A stretch of DNA of 64,000 nt from Armatimonadota bacterium (lineage in GTDB: Bacteria > Armatimonadota > Hebobacteria > CAIYQO01), in assembly GCA_038248345.1 (NCBI GenBank), contig JBBRXO010000003.1, forward strand, positions 1 through 64,000, written 5' to 3'. This document shows positions 63,701 through 64,000 of this stretch, in pieces. The stretch's first letter is position 1; each line of letters begins with the position of its first letter. Below the pieces are notes generated by a model. It ran no database searches. It was not told the DNA's origin and worked only from the letters and a program-made list of their open reading frames with translations. The position numbers were made by a program, and so were the translations under genes.

Positions 63701-63817
63701 CTTCGCTACCGTGACGCGGAGGGAAGAAAGCAGGACTTCCAAGAGTGTGTCGTCGGATTTCATAAATTGAATGCTATAGCCGAAGCCATGCGTTGTTTGC
63801 GTTGCGACAAGCGCTAA
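60719..63817 (+). CDS. NuoF/HydB-like NAD(H)/FMN subunit fused to a GltD/NfnL-like FAD oxidoreductase
   Basis: Thioredoxin-like 2Fe-2S domain; GRGGGGFP, NGDEGDPGAFMDR, GAFVCGEET, GGPSGG, SCGKCVPCR; then PCQNACP...CGRVCTHPCESKC, GAGPSG, GGGSTA, YRR, FAGGD; ends EAMRCLRCD. Confidence 0.9.
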   Translation: MANIPEKVISRADLESIKTQYDAQQKDIRFHLLVCAGAGCVSSGCYAVRDALVAALKDAGLTEQVSLQETGCIGTCDLGPSLVIQPDDVFYTKLKPEDMARIVQQHLQDGQVIERLCYWDKDKEKHVTQLSEIEFFKRQLRLVTGRCGNLPYQSVEAYISSDGYLALAKALTDMSRMDVIDEMKRSGLRGRGGGGFPAGIKWLAGYNAPGSEKYIVCNGDEGDPGAFMDRSLMEGDPHAVIEGMLIAGYAIGANHGFIYVRAEYPLAINRMEVALRQARELGLLGDHVMGTDFAFDIEIRIGAGAFVCGEETALMDSIEGKRGEPRQKPPFPFEAGVFGKPTIINNVETLANVPLIIYRGADWFTQYGTEGSKGTKVFALAGDVQNTGIVEVPLGIPLGEIIFDIGGGIQKGKLFKAAQTGGPSGGCLTRKHLNTPVDYDSLVKLGTIMGSGGLIVMDEDTCMVDVARFFLDFVQDESCGKCVPCRIGTKRMLEILERITKGEGKEGDIELLEELAMTCKETATCGLGQTAGNPVLSTIRHFREEYEEHIKYHYCRAGVCADLMQSPCQNACPAGVNIPGYVALIAAGRPRDAYNLVRKENPFPAICGRVCTHPCESKCRRSQLDEPLAICDLKRYAADYVFYNEEPYMDLVFPQKPESVGIIGAGPSGLTCAYYLARLGYNVTVYEAESIAGGMLAYGIPEYRLPNAILAKEIKLLEQVGVNIKTGVEVGKDILFAELKEKHNAIYIAIGTQFPNKINIPGEELPGVYHGLNFLRDVALGRPTTVGKNVIVIGGGSTAFDTARTALRMGAEKVTIIYRRQIEDMPADVREIDEAIEEGIEIVPLTAPLEFVGHERVEGVRCAQMELRGYDDAGRRKPVQVKGNEFVLSADMVIPAVSQHSDLPFIDKDEVELTQWGTLITDPETMMTSMRGVFAGGDAVRGPDVVIQAIADGKKTAINIDLFLGGAGVLNTGEAIEIPAATEEKEVVEHERFALRYRDAEGRKQDFQECVVGFHKLNAIAEAMRCLRCDKR

Positions 63818-63835
63818 TCTGAAGGTGAGGAAAGA

Positions 63836-64000
63836 ATGTCAACTGTAAATCTAATTATTAATGGAAAACAACTGGCCGTAGAAGAAGGCATTTCTGTGCT
63901 GGAAGCGGCCAAGCACAATAATATTCTGATCCCCCACTTGTGTTACTTAGAGGGGGTTCATCAGATCGGCGCCTGTCGTGTATGTGTTGTGGAGATTGAA
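63836..64000 (+). CDS. N-terminus of a NuoG/HydA/FdhA-type Fe-S catalytic subunit (runs off the window)
   Basis: MSTVNLIINGKQLAVEEGISVLEAAKHNNILIPHLCYLEGVHQIGACRVCVVEIE; RBS GAGG. Confidence 0.85.
   Translation, partial: MSTVNLIINGKQLAVEEGISVLEAAKHNNILIPHLCYLEGVHQIGACRVCVVEIE

Noticed and set aside
60207..63817. Respiratory complex I nuoEF
   Set aside because: No membrane nuo genes are nearby. The extra N-terminal 2Fe-2S and C-terminal GltD domains fit soluble Hyd/Fdh-type complexes.

Overview
Bacterial window of roughly 50% GC with higher-GC patches. It probably comes from an anaerobic, diderm, glycan-degrading organism; Armatimonadota is an inference from the DUF1559-like pilins, a Cu-amine-oxidase-N/ankyrin protein, VanW and ExbBD. 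The main locus is a ~13 kb Wood-Ljungdahl carbonyl-branch cluster (7.2-20.4 kb): Cys-rich small protein, cooC, MesB-like core methionine synthase, cooC2, cooS/acsA, a single-ORF AcsB-AcsD fusion joined by a ~190-aa Ala/Val/Pro linker, acsC, acsV/RACo and a stand-alone homocysteine-methyltransferase domain. No acsE or methyl-branch gene is present in the window. Around it are carbohydrate genes (GH2, GH52, SGNH-PA14, CBM9-like, two divergent giant FlgD-Ig/NHL proteins), two URO-D/MT2-like genes, housekeeping genes (rplY, iscS, ruvB, recO, dinB, pyrK/pyrD) and the start of a NuoE / NuoF-GltD fusion / Fe-S catalytic subunit operon. Several accessory genes are broken by in-frame stops, frameshifts or a probable IS5 end. 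Several REP-like elements are present. I saw no rRNA, tRNA or CRISPR array. All calls come from motif recognition by eye; no searches were run.
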